Part shown: one piece after another, positions 55,860 through 64,000 of the stretch | Layout of the letters: each line of letters begins with the position of its first letter | How positions within the stretch are numbered: position 1 is the stretch's first letter | NCBI GenBank assembly: GCA_037200965.1 | Contig: JBBCGK010000001.1 | Span: forward strand, 864,001 to 928,000 | Direction of reading: 5' to 3' | DNA from: a bacterium | GTDB lineage: Bacteria; Patescibacteriota; Minisyncoccia; Phycocordibacterales; Phycocordibacteraceae | DNA length: 64,000 bases | Program-made: the position numbers and the translations under genes | Notes under the pieces: generated by a model | The model's input: only the letters and a program-made list of their open reading frames with translations | What the model was told of the DNA's origin: nothing | The model's database searches: none

Positions 55860-56105
55860 TCATTTTGCGAGGCGGTCTCTTTCCTCGCGCTGCAGGCGGA
55901 AACGCTCCTTGCAGCTTTCGCAGCCTTCCGGTCCCTGCATCCCGAATATATGTCCGTACGCTTCTTCGAGCGCTGTTTCAAGAATGTCGCGTGGAAACTC
56001 GTCGCAGCACATAACGGTAGCGATCAGTATGCCCATATCGGGCTTAAGTTCCGGATGGGATTCGGCAAACGCTACGCGTCCAAGACGCCTGTCTTCCGGT
56101 GTCAT
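55860..56105 (-). CDS. Small hypothetical protein
   Basis: 81-aa ORF, Cys-containing (CCDEF, CESC); weak support. Confidence 0.25.
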   Translation of the reverse strand: MTPEDRRLGRVAFAESHPELKPDMGILIATVMCCDEFPRDILETALEEAYGHIFGMQGPEGCESCKERFRLQREERDRLAK

Positions 56106-56207
56106 ATTGTATTTCTCCTTCAGTTCCTTACTCTATAACGCCGACAAAGAGACCTAAGATGTCATGTCGTTCATCGTTCCAACAGGAGCGCATGTTATAC
56201 TTCCTCC

Positions 56208-56423
56208 ATGCTTACGGCCGTATACAAGAAAGTCAGGAGCGGATACGTTGCCTGGATCGAGGAGGTGCCTGGCGTGCTGACGCAGGGAAAGTCGCGCGTC
56301 GAGGCGCGCGCGAATCTTGCTGATGCGCTTCGTGAATTCATCGCGGCGCGGCGTGACGCTACACGACGAAGCTCCGTACGTGGAAGCGCTCCCCTCAAGC
56401 GCGAGCGCATGGCGCTCGCATAG
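56208..56423 (+). CDS. hicB: HicB-family antitoxin
   Basis: AVYKKVRSGYVAWIEEVPGVLTQGKSRVEARANLADALREFI matches the HicB/UPF0150 N-terminal fold. Confidence 0.55.
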   Translation: MLTAVYKKVRSGYVAWIEEVPGVLTQGKSRVEARANLADALREFIAARRDATRRSSVRGSAPLKRERMALA

Positions 56424-56432
56424 CTTTCCCCG

Positions 56433-56627
56433 ATGAAGCGCCGGGACCTGGAGCGGCATCTTTATGCGCAAGGTTGCCGTCTTGTACGGGAGGGCGCGAA
56501 GCATTCCGTATTTGAGAATCCTCCGCTTGGCGCGATGGCGACGGTACCGCGGCACGCCGAAGTCGACCCGTATCTCGCGCGAAAAATCTGCAAGGAGCTC
56601 GGCATTAAGGCACCACAAGGGCGTTAA
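56433..56627 (+). CDS. hicA: HicA-family mRNA interferase toxin
   Basis: LERHLYAQGCRLVREGAKHSVFENP...ATVPRHAEVDPYLARKICKELGI matches HicA (YcfA-like, conserved GSH/H). Confidence 0.55.
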   Translation: MKRRDLERHLYAQGCRLVREGAKHSVFENPPLGAMATVPRHAEVDPYLARKICKELGIKAPQGR

Positions 56628-56628
56628 T

Positions 56629-58602
56629 TTATTTCTTCTCCGAGAGCGTGAAATCGAGCTCGCGCTCCGGAATACGCGCGGCAAGGAGCTTCACGCGCAC
56701 CGGGTCGCCGAGCGTATAGCTTTTCTTGAGCCGATTGCCGATAAGGCGGTAGCGGGCCTGGTCGAAGGTGTAATAGTCGTCGCCGATCGAGGAGAGTCGG
56801 ATCATGCCTTCCGCGTGCGTTTCCGTAAGTTCGACGTACATCCCGCGCTCGGTGACGCCCGAGATGACGGCGTCGAATTCCTGTCCGATCTTGTCCGCCA
56901 TGAACTCGACGAGCTTCATCTTGATCGAGTCGCGCTCGGCTTCCGTCGCCGATATTTCGCGCTCGTTGCAGTGGATCGCCATCTCCTCGAGATGATCCAT
57001 ATCCTCGCGGTCGAGCTCATCCCCGTTCTCATAGTGCTTGAGGATACGATGCGTGATCAGGTCGGGATAACGGCGGATGGGGGAGGTGAAATGGGTATAG
57101 GAATCGAACGCGAGCCCGAAGTGTCCGATGTTTTTGGTCGCGTACGCGGCCCTCGCCATGGAGCGCAAGCTCGCGGTCTTTATGAGGTATTCCTCCGGCG
57201 TTCCCGTGACCTGCGAGAGAAGCGCGTTGATATCGGTTCCTTTGACTTTCCCCGCCTGGTTCTTGAGCTCGTACCCGAGCGCATGGAGGAACTGCGCGAG
57301 ATTCTCGATGCGGTCCATATCCGGCGCGTCGTGCACGCGATATATCTGCGAGAGCCTGTCGCCCTTTTTCTTCGATGTCTCGGCAAGATGCTCGGCCACG
57401 GCCACGTTCGCAAGGAGCATGAAGTCCTCGATGAGCATGTTGGTATCGCGCCGCTCTTTGAGATGCACGGCGACCGGCTTCCCGCTCCCGTCGAGCTCGA
57501 TCTTCACTTCCGCGGTATCGAAGGCGATGGCGCCGTTGTCGGTCCGGCGCTTCCTGAGCTTGTCGGCAAGGCGCTTTAGGGTATTGAGTTCCGCAAGCAT
57601 GGGACCGTTCTGGGTATCAAGCACCTCCTGGGCGCCTTCGTAGGCGAAGCGCTTGTCGGAGTGGATGACGGTTTCGCCGAACCATCGTTCAAGGACGTTC
57701 GCGTCGCTGTCGAGCACGAAGACCGCGGAAACGGCGAGGCGGTCTATGTGTTCATTCAGGGAGCACAGGTTGTTTGAAAGCACGTGCGGAAGCATAGGAA
57801 TAGTGCGGTCAACAAGATAGACCGAAGTCGCGCGGTGCCTTGCCTCGCGGTCGAAGTCGGTGCCTGGCCGTACGAAATACGAAACGTCGGCGATATGAAT
57901 GCCGACCTCGGTCTTTCCGTCCCCGAGGTCCCTGACCGAAAGCGCGTCGTCGAAGTCCTTGGCGTCCGCGGGGTCTATGGTAAAAGTCGGGGTGCCGCGG
58001 AAGTCCCGGCGCTTGGTTTCTCCCCGTGCGGCCTTTGCCGCTTCTTCGTCGATCATCGCCTGTCCGGTCGCCTCGAGCTTCTCCGCTTCTTTGATCACCC
58101 CCGGAGGGAATTCGCTGTGGAAGCCCTGGGAGAGCGCCAAGGCGCGCATCTCGGTCTCGTGGACGCCTGCGGGCCCGATGATCTCCTCAAGGCGGGCGGA
58201 AGGGAACTGCTGGCCCTTGTCCCAGCCCGTGAGGCGGACGAGCACTTTGTTTCCGAGCGGAAGATTGTCGCCCGTGACGATAAAGGGCGTGTACATGCGC
58301 TTCCAGTCGGGCGCAAGGAGCGTCTCCCCGCGCTCGCCTTTGATGAGCGTCCCGACGAAATGCTCCCGGTTTCGCTTCACTATCTCAAGTACCTTTGCGG
58401 CTTTCCGGTTATCGACGATGCCCGCGGGCGCGATCTTGACCGTATCGCCGTGGAAAGCGCCCATGATCCACTCGCGGGGAATCATGAGATCCTCCTGTTT
58501 ATCTTTCGAACTTTTAGAGACGCCTGGGTCCAGGCTGAAGAAACCGATTCCCCTGCCGGTGACGGAAATGATTCCCTCGTATGATTTTTCCTCGGGCTTC
58601 AA
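56629..58602 (-). CDS. rnr: Ribonuclease R / RNase II family exoribonuclease
   Basis: OB/CSD N-terminus, RNB catalytic domain (DFRGTPTFTIDPADAKDFDDALS...), C-terminal S1 domain. Confidence 0.85.
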   Translation of the reverse strand: MKPEEKSYEGIISVTGRGIGFFSLDPGVSKSSKDKQEDLMIPREWIMGAFHGDTVKIAPAGIVDNRKAAKVLEIVKRNREHFVGTLIKGERGETLLAPDWKRMYTPFIVTGDNLPLGNKVLVRLTGWDKGQQFPSARLEEIIGPAGVHETEMRALALSQGFHSEFPPGVIKEAEKLEATGQAMIDEEAAKAARGETKRRDFRGTPTFTIDPADAKDFDDALSVRDLGDGKTEVGIHIADVSYFVRPGTDFDREARHRATSVYLVDRTIPMLPHVLSNNLCSLNEHIDRLAVSAVFVLDSDANVLERWFGETVIHSDKRFAYEGAQEVLDTQNGPMLAELNTLKRLADKLRKRRTDNGAIAFDTAEVKIELDGSGKPVAVHLKERRDTNMLIEDFMLLANVAVAEHLAETSKKKGDRLSQIYRVHDAPDMDRIENLAQFLHALGYELKNQAGKVKGTDINALLSQVTGTPEEYLIKTASLRSMARAAYATKNIGHFGLAFDSYTHFTSPIRRYPDLITHRILKHYENGDELDREDMDHLEEMAIHCNEREISATEAERDSIKMKLVEFMADKIGQEFDAVISGVTERGMYVELTETHAEGMIRLSSIGDDYYTFDQARYRLIGNRLKKSYTLGDPVRVKLLAARIPERELDFTLSEKK

Positions 58603-58783
58603 GTTATAAACACTGTATCAATACAGGGCGATTTATGCTATTGTCTGAACACACGGCATGCGTCCTTCAGGAGCATCGCGGTGGCCCTTCCCGGGCGTTT
58701 CCTCCCTGAACTTGCGGCACCCCTGGTGCCGCCCTTTTTTGCAAATTGACTCGCAAGCCTTCTTTTGGTACCCTGCTTCATAC

Positions 58784-59206
58784 ATGTTGATGATCCGTTT
58801 CCAGCGCATCGGCCGGACCAATGATCCGGCATTTCGCATTGTCGTCCTCGAAAAGGCGCGGAGCCCCAAGGCTGGAAGTCCTTTGGAGCTTGTCGGCACT
58901 TATAACCCGAAGACCAAGGCGGTTACCCTTAAGGAAGACCGCATTACGTATTGGATAAGCAAGGGCGCCCAGGTCTCGCCGTCGCTCCATAACCTCCTTC
59001 TTAATAAAGGCGTAGTTACGGGCAAAAAGATAAACGTGCTTCCGAAGAAAACCTATACGAAGCCGGAAGAGCCGGTAGCCGAAGCCGTCGCAGCTCCGGC
59101 AGAGTCTGCGCCGGAAGCGCCGACTGAAGCGGAAGTCGCCGCAGAAGCGGAGCCTGCTGCGGAGGAAACCCCGGCAGCCGAAGAGGCAGCCGCTCCCGCG
59201 GCCTAG
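58784..59206 (+). CDS. rpsP: 30S ribosomal protein S16 with Ala/Glu/Pro-rich C-terminal extension
   Basis: MLMIRFQRIGRTNDPAFRIVVLEKARSPKAGSPLELVGTYNP; start set at ATG 58784. Confidence 0.8.
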   Translation: MLMIRFQRIGRTNDPAFRIVVLEKARSPKAGSPLELVGTYNPKTKAVTLKEDRITYWISKGAQVSPSLHNLLLNKGVVTGKKINVLPKKTYTKPEEPVAEAVAAPAESAPEAPTEAEVAAEAEPAAEETPAAEEAAAPAA

Positions 59207-59255
59207 CACTCCGGAGCCTCAGGCTCCTTATCCCTACTATCCCGCACCGATACCT

Positions 59256-59561
59256 ATGGAAAACGACCAGCTGTTTCTTGAGACCGTCGTCAAAGCTCTT
59301 GTCGACAACCCGGACGCCGTCGTCACGACGCGCGGCGTCGACGAGATGGGCGTCCTCCTCACCCTCACGGTGCATCCTGACGACATGGGCAAGATCATCG
59401 GCAAGGACGGGAATACCGCGAAGGCGCTTCGCACCCTCCTTCGCGTCGTCGGCATGAAGCACAATGCGCGCGCGAACCTGAAGATCAATGAACCGGTCGG
59501 CGGCAAGCGCGAGCAGGAGATGAAGACCGTCGACCAGGTGGTAGAGGAGATTTCGCTATAG
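59256..59561 (+). CDS. KH-domain RNA-binding protein (YlqC/UPF0109 family)
   Basis: GKIIGKDGNTAKALRTLL GxxG KH motif; conserved position between rpsP and trmD. Confidence 0.7.
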   Translation: MENDQLFLETVVKALVDNPDAVVTTRGVDEMGVLLTLTVHPDDMGKIIGKDGNTAKALRTLLRVVGMKHNARANLKINEPVGGKREQEMKTVDQVVEEISL

Positions 59562-60226
59562 TGTTGCGCTTCCACCTCGTCACTCTTTTCAAAGAAGCTT
59601 GCGAGCCGTACCTTTCGGCGTCGATACTCGGGCGCGCGCGCAAAAACAAGCGTATCGGCGTTTCATATCAAAACCCGCGGGATTTCGTTGATAACCGATG
59701 GGGGAAAGTGGACGAGCGGCCGTACGGCGGCGGGCCCGGGATGGTTATGACCGCGCTCCCGGTCGCGAAAGCGGTCGCGAAAGCTCTGGGCGCCAAGAAG
59801 AGTGCTGCCAAAACAGCGGAGATAATCTGGTTTTCTCCCTCGGGCAAACCATTTACGAACAAGGACGCGGACAAACTCGCGAAAGCGGGCGACGTGGTCT
59901 TGGTGTGCGGCCGGTACGAAGGTATCGACGAGCGCGCCTTTAAGATTTTGAAAACGATGGGGAGGGTGAAAGTATTTTCCGTCGGCTCCGCAACGCTTAC
60001 GGGAGGCGAGGTGCCAGCGCTCGCGATCATCGACGCCGTCACGAGGCGCATCCCGGGAGTCCTGGGGAAGGATGAGTCGGTCGAGGAACGCCGGGTTGCC
60101 TCAAGCGAGGTATACACGCGGCCAGAATCCTTGCAGTGGAAAGGAAAGAAATACCGCGTTCCGAAAGTGCTCCAGAGCGGGCATCAGGCGAAAATTGATG
60201 AGTGGAGGGTAAAGAGGGGAAAGTGA
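59561..60226 (+). CDS. trmD: tRNA (guanine37-N1)-methyltransferase
   Basis: MLRFHLVTLFKE...DERPYGGGPGMVM...VCGRYEGIDER...TGGE; GTG start overlapping the KH gene stop. Confidence 0.85.
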   Translation: MLRFHLVTLFKEACEPYLSASILGRARKNKRIGVSYQNPRDFVDNRWGKVDERPYGGGPGMVMTALPVAKAVAKALGAKKSAAKTAEIIWFSPSGKPFTNKDADKLAKAGDVVLVCGRYEGIDERAFKILKTMGRVKVFSVGSATLTGGEVPALAIIDAVTRRIPGVLGKDESVEERRVASSEVYTRPESLQWKGKKYRVPKVLQSGHQAKIDEWRVKRGK

Positions 60227-60227
60227 G

Positions 60228-60539
60228 TTGAAAAAAGAACCGTTCCTGATACTATCGCTTCCAGCGTTAACAGCGCCGTACCAAGGGGAGGAAATCATGA
60301 GCGACGCATCAACGCCGCGCCCGAACGAAGCTTTGCCTGCCGTGAGGAACCTGCCGCTACTCGCGCTTGCGGTTATTCTCTTCATGCTTACCGACGCTGT
60401 TTTGATCTTCATGCCGATGAAACCCGAGCCGTTCTGGCAAATGGTTTCTCTCGCCCTGCTTCTCGCGGTATTTGCGGGAGGCCTCGGATTCAGCGTCATC
60501 CGGAACCTGCTTTATCGCGCGAGGCGTTCTGGCCAGTAA
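60228..60539 (+). CDS. Small membrane hypothetical protein
   Basis: Two predicted TM helices; start uncertain. Confidence 0.3.
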   Translation: MKKEPFLILSLPALTAPYQGEEIMSDASTPRPNEALPAVRNLPLLALAVILFMLTDAVLIFMPMKPEPFWQMVSLALLLAVFAGGLGFSVIRNLLYRARRSGQ

Positions 60540-60656
60540 AGCGCGTTACGGTATCGGATTAGAACGGGCGGCCCCACCAGGGCCGTCCGTTTGCTTTATG
60601 TCATTTAGTATTGTATAAACCTCCAATCTCCTGTCCGCCTTAGACAGGAGTGAGCG

Positions 60657-61448
60657 ATGAAAGCTGCTTTGTCGGACTATGAGACGACGCAGCGGGGTAC
60701 TGACACCCCCTTTGCTTGGTCAGGGATGGCCGCAACGATAAGGCGGAAGGTCTTTCACACCATGTCGTATTCAGTTAACGAACTGCTTGTCGCAGACAAG
60801 GTTTCCACGTATCTGACCGATAAGTGGGAGGAGCAGACAGGGATCAACCCGAACATCATTGCAGCAAAAGTGCTTCACAACGAACAAGTCGTGAAGCTCG
60901 TAAGCTCGTGGATGCGTCCGATCGGAATGGGCTCCCTCGCCTTCGCCATTCTGTTTTTATGTGCCACCTTTGCGTTCGCACTCACAGATCTTCTTGGGAG
61001 CTCCACTGTCGGTTATGTAGCGGCTGCCGTCGGCGTCGTCTGTGGCACGATCGACATGACTGTCTCGTTCGTGTACAAGACTCGGGAATACGAGTTATTT
61101 CCCACTGATGCATGCGGTTTCAGCTCGAGGTATCGCCAGCTGGCCGAGTGGAGCGGCTCGGTGTCCGGGGAGCTTCCTTTAGCTCCAGGGTCACTCAGGC
61201 TGATGGCCGAGAAAATCCTTTCTGGGTCCGCTGCCAACGCCATCCGTGCGCAAGTTTGGGCACAGGCGATGAAGTTGAGCGACGATGACGAGTTAAGGCT
61301 TCGTGAAGCGGAACTGGCTTGGCGCAAGGAAACCAGGAAGCGCTACACAAAACTCCTCGAATGGGATCTTGTTCCGGCGCTCGGTGTCTCCGGTTATTTC
61401 AAGGGAGCGGGAAAATATGTAGCACAAAATCCGCTCTGGGATTACTAA
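60657..61448 (+). CDS. Hypothetical membrane protein
   Basis: 263 aa, two central TM helices; hairpin gcgggcggcc-ccaaa-ggccgccc just downstream. Confidence 0.35.
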   Translation: MKAALSDYETTQRGTDTPFAWSGMAATIRRKVFHTMSYSVNELLVADKVSTYLTDKWEEQTGINPNIIAAKVLHNEQVVKLVSSWMRPIGMGSLAFAILFLCATFAFALTDLLGSSTVGYVAAAVGVVCGTIDMTVSFVYKTREYELFPTDACGFSSRYRQLAEWSGSVSGELPLAPGSLRLMAEKILSGSAANAIRAQVWAQAMKLSDDDELRLREAELAWRKETRKRYTKLLEWDLVPALGVSGYFKGAGKYVAQNPLWDY

Positions 61449-61701
61449 AGCAGCAATGGCGCGGGCGGCCCCAAAGGCCGCCCTTTCGCTATCCCCAGGT
61501 TCGCTTGACGGCTTTTAGGCGGGGGAGTACATTGAGGACACCAGAACTGATTGAGTGGCGGGGGCCTCTGGGGGCGGGGGAGACAAGATTTCAAATATTT
61601 TAACAGCGTCTCGGAAAACGAGGGCGCCGCTCGCACGTATGTGCGAGCTCTTACGCGTCTTCGCCTTCCGAAACATCGTTTGATGGCTAATTCAACACGA
61701 C

Positions 61702-64000
61702 ATGGCGCATACTAAGGCGATAGTGCAGAAGACGTTCGGCGCGTTCCGGGCTCCGCGCGTGGAATTTCCGGACCTGGTCGCGCACCAGCGGGCATCGTTT
61801 GACTGGCTCATGAAGAACGGGCTCGGGGAACTCTTCAAGGAGTTTTCCCCTATTTCAGACTACTCGGGCAAGAAGTTCGAGATGCGCTTCGAGGGCTTCG
61901 AAGTCGGCGAGCCGAAGGAGGACGAGGAGTCCGCGCGCGAGAACATGCGCACGTACGAAGCGCCGGTGAAGATATCGGTGCGCCTCATCAACAAGACCTT
62001 CGGTTCTGAGAAAACGCAGGACATTTTCCTCGCGGATATCCCGATGATGACCCCGCACGGGAGTTTTATCGTTTCCGGCGTCGAGCGCGCGATCATCCCC
62101 CAGCTCGCCCGCTCCTTCGGCGCGTTCTTCGTCTCCGAGCAGATCCGCGGCAAGAACTATTTCGGCGCGAAGATCCTTCCGGCGCGCGGCGTCTGGATCG
62201 AGATCGATTCCGAAGCCGACGGCGCGATCATGGTGAAGATCGACCGCAAGAGGAAGTTCCCCGTGAGCCACCTGCTTGCTGTCTTTGGCGGGGGGCAGAA
62301 GGAAGAGCTTCTCAGGCATTTCAAAGGCAATGATGTCGCGCTTGCTGCCATGCAGGCCACGCTCGCGCACGACCAGGCCGCAACGCTCGAAGACGCGTTC
62401 GTCGAAATACACCGCCGCATGCGCGACGGCGACCTCGCGACCGCGCAGAACGCCAAGGACTATGTCCAGGCGCTCTTCAAGGCCGACCGCTACGACCTCC
62501 ACCGCGTGGGCCGCTACCGTCTCAACCAGCGCTTCGGCCTTCCGGTCGACGACAAGCATCTTGCGGACCATTCGCTTTCCCTTGCCGACCTTATCCGCAT
62601 CGTCGCCGAGATCGCGCGTCTCAACGTCACTCCTGACGCGGTGCCTGACGACATCGACCACTTGGGCTTCCGCCGCGTGCGTTTCGTCGGCGAGCTTCTC
62701 CAGGCGCGCATGCGCGTCGGCATGAGCCGCATGAAGCGCAATATCCAGGACCGCATGTCGACGATCGAAACCGAGACGTCGCTCCCGATGCAGTTCGTGA
62801 ACCCGCGGCCGTTCCAGGCTTCGGTCCGCGAGTTCTTCACGGCCAACCAGCTTTCGCAGTTCCTCGAGCAGCAGAACGTGCTTGCGGAGCTCGAGCACAT
62901 GCGGACGCTCTCGGCGCTCGGCCCCGGCGGCCTCACGCGAGAGAGAGCGGGCTTCGAGGTCCGCGACGTGCACGCCTCCCACTACGGACGCCTCTGCCCG
63001 ATACAGACGCCGGAAGGCCAGAACATCGGCCTTATCCTTCGCATGGCGACCCACGCCCGCACGAACGAGTACGGCATCCTCGAGACGCCGTACGCGAAAG
63101 TGAAGGGAGGGAAGGTGACCGAAGACATTTCGTATCTCAACGCGCTTGACGAAGAACAGCACGTGATCGCGCACGGCGCGACGCCGGTCGACGAGAAGGG
63201 GCGCATTGTCCCGGAGACGTTTGAAGCCCGCAAGAACGGGCACCCGGCCGTGGTGTCGCGCGACGAGGTCGACTATATCGACGTTTCCATGTACCAAATG
63301 TTTTCCATCGCGACCGCAATGATTCCGTTCGTCCATAACGACGACGCGAACCGGGCGCTCATGGGTTCGAACATGCAGAAGCAGGCGACGCCATGCCTCA
63401 TTCCCGAGGCTCCGCTCGTCGCGACCGGCATCGAAGAGCACGCCGCCCGCAACACCGGCCGCCTTGTCGTCGCCGAGTCCGCAGGCACTGTCTCCTATGC
63501 CGACGCGCGCAGGATCGTTATCGAGCCGTCGGGAGCCGGAAAGCCCAAGGAGTACCGCCTCCAGGGCCTCACGCAGACCAACCAGAATTCCGCGTTCTCG
63601 CAGCGGCCGAGCGTGTCGACGGGAGACAAGGTAAAGAAAGGAGACGTTCTTGCGGATGCTTCCTCGACCGTACAAGGCCAAATGGCGCTCGGACAGAACG
63701 TCCGCGTGGCGTTCATGAGCTGGTCGGGAGCTAACTATGAAGACGCCATCATCATCTCGGAGCGCCTCGTCGAGGACGCAAAGTTCACGACCGTCCACAT
63801 CGAGGACTTCGAATGCGCGGTGCGCGACACCAAGCTCGGCCCCGAAGTCACGACGCACGACATTCCGAACGTGGGCGAGATGCGCCTCAAGAACCTCGAC
63901 GAGGAAGGAGTCGTGCGCATCGGCGCCGAAGTGCGCCCCGGCGACATTCTCGTCGGCAAGGTGACGCCCAAGGGCGAGACCCAGCTCACGCCCGAGGAGC
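61702..64000 (+). CDS. rpoB: DNA-directed RNA polymerase subunit beta, N-terminal ~765 aa (continues beyond window)
   Basis: MAHTKAIVQKTFG...; conserved RpoB blocks (GRYRLNQRFG, MRTLSALGPGGLTRERAGFEVRDVH, SHYGRLCPIQTPEGQNIGLI); open frame reaches window end. Confidence 0.9.
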   Translation, partial: MAHTKAIVQKTFGAFRAPRVEFPDLVAHQRASFDWLMKNGLGELFKEFSPISDYSGKKFEMRFEGFEVGEPKEDEESARENMRTYEAPVKISVRLINKTFGSEKTQDIFLADIPMMTPHGSFIVSGVERAIIPQLARSFGAFFVSEQIRGKNYFGAKILPARGVWIEIDSEADGAIMVKIDRKRKFPVSHLLAVFGGGQKEELLRHFKGNDVALAAMQATLAHDQAATLEDAFVEIHRRMRDGDLATAQNAKDYVQALFKADRYDLHRVGRYRLNQRFGLPVDDKHLADHSLSLADLIRIVAEIARLNVTPDAVPDDIDHLGFRRVRFVGELLQARMRVGMSRMKRNIQDRMSTIETETSLPMQFVNPRPFQASVREFFTANQLSQFLEQQNVLAELEHMRTLSALGPGGLTRERAGFEVRDVHASHYGRLCPIQTPEGQNIGLILRMATHARTNEYGILETPYAKVKGGKVTEDISYLNALDEEQHVIAHGATPVDEKGRIVPETFEARKNGHPAVVSRDEVDYIDVSMYQMFSIATAMIPFVHNDDANRALMGSNMQKQATPCLIPEAPLVATGIEEHAARNTGRLVVAESAGTVSYADARRIVIEPSGAGKPKEYRLQGLTQTNQNSAFSQRPSVSTGDKVKKGDVLADASSTVQGQMALGQNVRVAFMSWSGANYEDAIIISERLVEDAKFTTVHIEDFECAVRDTKLGPEVTTHDIPNVGEMRLKNLDEEGVVRIGAEVRPGDILVGKVTPKGETQLTPEE

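Noticed and set aside
61855-63858. 667-aa minus-strand ORF
   Set aside because: Lies entirely antisense to rpoB. Arg/Ala-rich 'shadow' ORF typical of high-GC DNA; the rpoB frame has unmistakable conserved blocks.
1-64000. rRNA genes or additional tRNAs
   Set aside because: No rRNA-like conserved stretches noticed; only one tRNA-like cloverleaf (Thr-UGU) found by eye, so others could have been missed without a scanning tool.

Overview
This is a high-GC (~60%) bacterial segment dense with housekeeping genes: pheS-HIT-pheT, gyrB, thrS, dnaE, rnhB, rpmF, nusB, rnc, an SMC-like ATPase, rnr, rpsP-KH-trmD, the 5' part of rpoB, typA/bipA, a DEAD-box helicase and one tRNA-Thr(UGU). Several aminoacyl-tRNA synthetases are short forms lacking N-terminal domains, rimM is absent, a sortase with surface-repeat proteins is present, and SD sequences are weak. 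I infer a reduced genome, possibly CPR/Patescibacteria-like.

The window also carries clear accessory content:
- A ~4.3-kb low-GC island (about 8970-13300) holds a convergent gene pair, an 837-aa protein with an N-terminal GHKL (Bergerat-fold) ATPase and a DNA amino-methyltransferase. This is the best candidate for a novel ATP-dependent restriction/defence module.
- A splicing-competent intein sits in the Walker-A P-loop of the SMC-like gene, and its internal domain looks like an NYN/PIN-like nuclease rather than LAGLIDADG or HNH.
- An IS30-family IS with ~27-bp terminal inverted repeats.
- A second, IS481/rve-type IS with 18-bp inverted repeats.
- An orphan low-GC rusA resolvase.
- A RhuM-Fic/Doc gene plus a Pif1-like helicase.
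- A HicB/HicA pair.
- A NusB-NUDIX fusion.
- An internally deleted dihydroorotase remnant next to a pyrD-like gene.
- A sortase locus with a large tandem-domain surface protein that has an internal IPYTG sorting-like signal.

All calls rest on reading the translations for conserved motifs; no searches were run.
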